NCBI GenBank assembly: GCA_032125995.1
Contig: JAQBBQ010000267.1
Span: forward strand, 3,201 to 67,200
Origin: Betaproteobacteria bacterium
GTDB lineage: Bacteria; Pseudomonadota; Gammaproteobacteria; Burkholderiales; SG8-39
DNA length: 64,000 bases
Reading direction: 5' to 3'
Part shown: positions 62,882-64,000 of the stretch, piece by piece
Position numbering within the stretch: position 1 is the stretch's first letter
How the letters are laid out: each line of letters starts with the position of its first letter
Notes under the pieces: generated by a model
Told to the model about the DNA's origin: nothing
What the model saw: only the letters and a program-made list of their open reading frames with translations
The model's database searches: none
Program-made: the position numbers and the translations under genes

Positions 62882-63454
62882 TCAGAGGTCGGTGATGCCC
62901 GCAAACGCGAGAATGCGCGGCAGATGCTCGGGAAAACTCTGCAAGGTATGGTCACCGCCGTCGCGGATCACCGTCCGCGCGCCTTCGTATTTGCGCGCCG
63001 CCTCGCGCCAGTCGAGCAGTTCATCGCCCGTCTCGAGCAGCAGCAGGTAGCGCTCCGGGTCAACGCGCCCGACGACGAGCGCGCGCCAGCCGGCGAGATG
63101 CGCCCGCGTCAACTCGAACGGTACGCCGGTGTAGAGGTTCTGCTGCTGACCGAGGAAGGCTTCGAGGCCCAGGTCCGGCCGGATTGCTGGATTGAGCAAC
63201 ACGGCGCGCCGGGCGTACTTCTCGGCGAACCAGGTTGCGTAGAACCCGCCAAGCGAGCTGCCGACGAAGGTCACATCCTGCGCCGCATGGCGCGCGTACG
63301 CCGCCTCGATGAGACCGACCGCCGCCTCAGGTTGGTGCGGTAGTGCGGGGCAGATGAAACGGTCGCCGAGTCCACGCGCGTCCATGCTGGCCTTCATCGC
63401 ACGCGCCTTGTGCGACGCCGGCGAGCTGTTGAAGCCGTGCAGATAAAGGATCAT
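62882..63454 (-). CDS. yqiA: YqiA/YcfP-family esterase (alpha/beta hydrolase)
   Basis: Start at MILYLHGFNSSPASHKA. Nucleophile elbow GSSLGG. Confidence 0.8.
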   Translation of the reverse strand: MILYLHGFNSSPASHKARAMKASMDARGLGDRFICPALPHQPEAAVGLIEAAYARHAAQDVTFVGSSLGGFYATWFAEKYARRAVLLNPAIRPDLGLEAFLGQQQNLYTGVPFELTRAHLAGWRALVVGRVDPERYLLLLETGDELLDWREAARKYEGARTVIRDGGDHTLQSFPEHLPRILAFAGITDL

Positions 63455-63783
63455 GCCGCGTCCGAGGACGACGGCGCGCGCCTCGAAAGCGGGAAGACGA
63501 CCAGATTTCGAATCAAGCCGCCAGCGGCAACGACGATGAGAAACGAGGTCCCGGCAGCCATGATCGCGAGGTAAGTTGCCATGCCCTTCTCGTCCGCCTT
63601 GACGCTGACCGCATCTCCATACAGCACGGTGCCGACAATCGCCCCGACGGCGACCGCGCCAAGCAGGACGATGATGTTCGCGGCCGCAAGCTTGACACCC
63701 GATACCCCGGTCGGATTGGCTTGAAAAAAGCCCCACACCACAACGCACAGGAGAAAGACGAGGATGATGATCATGAAGTGCAT
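63451..63783 (-). CDS. small hypothetical membrane protein
   Basis: 110 aa with three predicted TM helices. The stop overlaps the yqiA start (ATGA). No family recognised. Confidence 0.5.
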   Translation of the reverse strand: MHFMIIILVFLLCVVVWGFFQANPTGVSGVKLAAANIIVLLGAVAVGAIVGTVLYGDAVSVKADEKGMATYLAIMAAGTSFLIVVAAGGLIRNLVVFPLSRRAPSSSDAA

Positions 63784-63818
63784 GTACTAACTCCGTCGGA
63801 TTGGCGCGAGTCGCGAGA

Positions 63819-64000
63819 CTACGTTGCGCGAATGCCAGGCCCTTGATCTGCGTCAGCGTCCCCGCGCGCGAGTCCCTCAAGCAGCCGGCCGTGCAATCCG
63901 CCGAAGCTACCGTTCGACATCACCAGCAGCTGATCGCCGGGGCGCGCCGCGCGAACCACCGCGTCGGCGAGCACCTCAAGGTCGCTGTGGCATTGCACGC
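63819..64000 (-). CDS. mpl: UDP-N-acetylmuramate:L-Ala-gamma-D-Glu-meso-DAP ligase Mpl, C-terminal fragment (5' end beyond window)
   Basis: My own translation of the minus strand gives …LEVLADAVVRAARPGDQLLVMSNGSFGGLHGRLLEGL…, the characteristic Mpl C-terminus, with stop TAG at 63819-63821. It is absent from the ORF track because it has no start codon in the window. Confidence 0.7.
   Translation of the reverse strand, partial: VQCHSDLEVLADAVVRAARPGDQLLVMSNGSFGGLHGRLLEGLARGDADADQGPGIRAT

Noticed and set aside
62882-63880. 332-aa minus-strand ORF spanning the yqiA region and beyond
   Set aside because: Only the 3' 191 codons (from MILYLHGFNSS) are YqiA. The upstream part overlaps the better-supported small membrane-protein frame and the mpl 3' end.

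Overview
The window is a visibly GC-rich, gene-dense chromosomal segment with betaproteobacterial (Burkholderiales-type) gene content and synteny. I support about 70 protein-coding genes, most of them housekeeping. I found no rRNA, tRNA, CRISPR array, transposase, integrase or phage gene by eye.

Genes in order:
- metX (3' end)-metW; a four-gene MCE/Mla-type ABC system; ampG; xth; pyrE; a DUF4124 gene.
- gatC-gatA-(extra ORF)-gatB; mreBCD-mrdA-rodA; aceA-aceK.
- yggS-proC-yggT-yggU; pilT-pilU; a nitronate monooxygenase; a THUMP methyltransferase; hemJ; a hydrolase and a ferredoxin; a VanZ-like gene.
- ubiE-Tim44-ubiJ-ubiB; phoBR.
- A co-directional string from thrB to a 543-aa orphan protein; polA.
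- lipA-lipB-ybeD-dat-dac-rlpA; yqgE-ruvX-pyrR-pyrB-pyrC'; rubredoxin; thiD-thiE-hemL.
- mgtE; mtgA; aroE; a TonB-like gene; an RNase II-family gene; yqiA; mpl (3' end).

Many neighbouring genes overlap by 4 nt (ATGA, GTGA or TTGA), which suggests translational coupling. The many long ORFs antisense to these genes are high-GC artefacts.

I do not see a convincing novel multigene system or accessory island. The best leads are:
1. A 543-aa orphan protein whose C-terminus carries an RxxxR...DxSxxG PilZ-type signature.
2. An unassigned secreted-protein ORF translationally coupled inside the gatCAB operon.
3. Two single-base frame disruptions, in gatC and in the DUF4124 gene, both at short homopolymers. 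These are either assembly errors or real pseudogenes.
4. A 9-bp in-frame tandem repeat encoding a PxT-rich N-terminal extension of HemL.
5. A short relic resembling a photolyase N-terminus.

All function calls rest on my recognition of the translated sequences. No database search was run.
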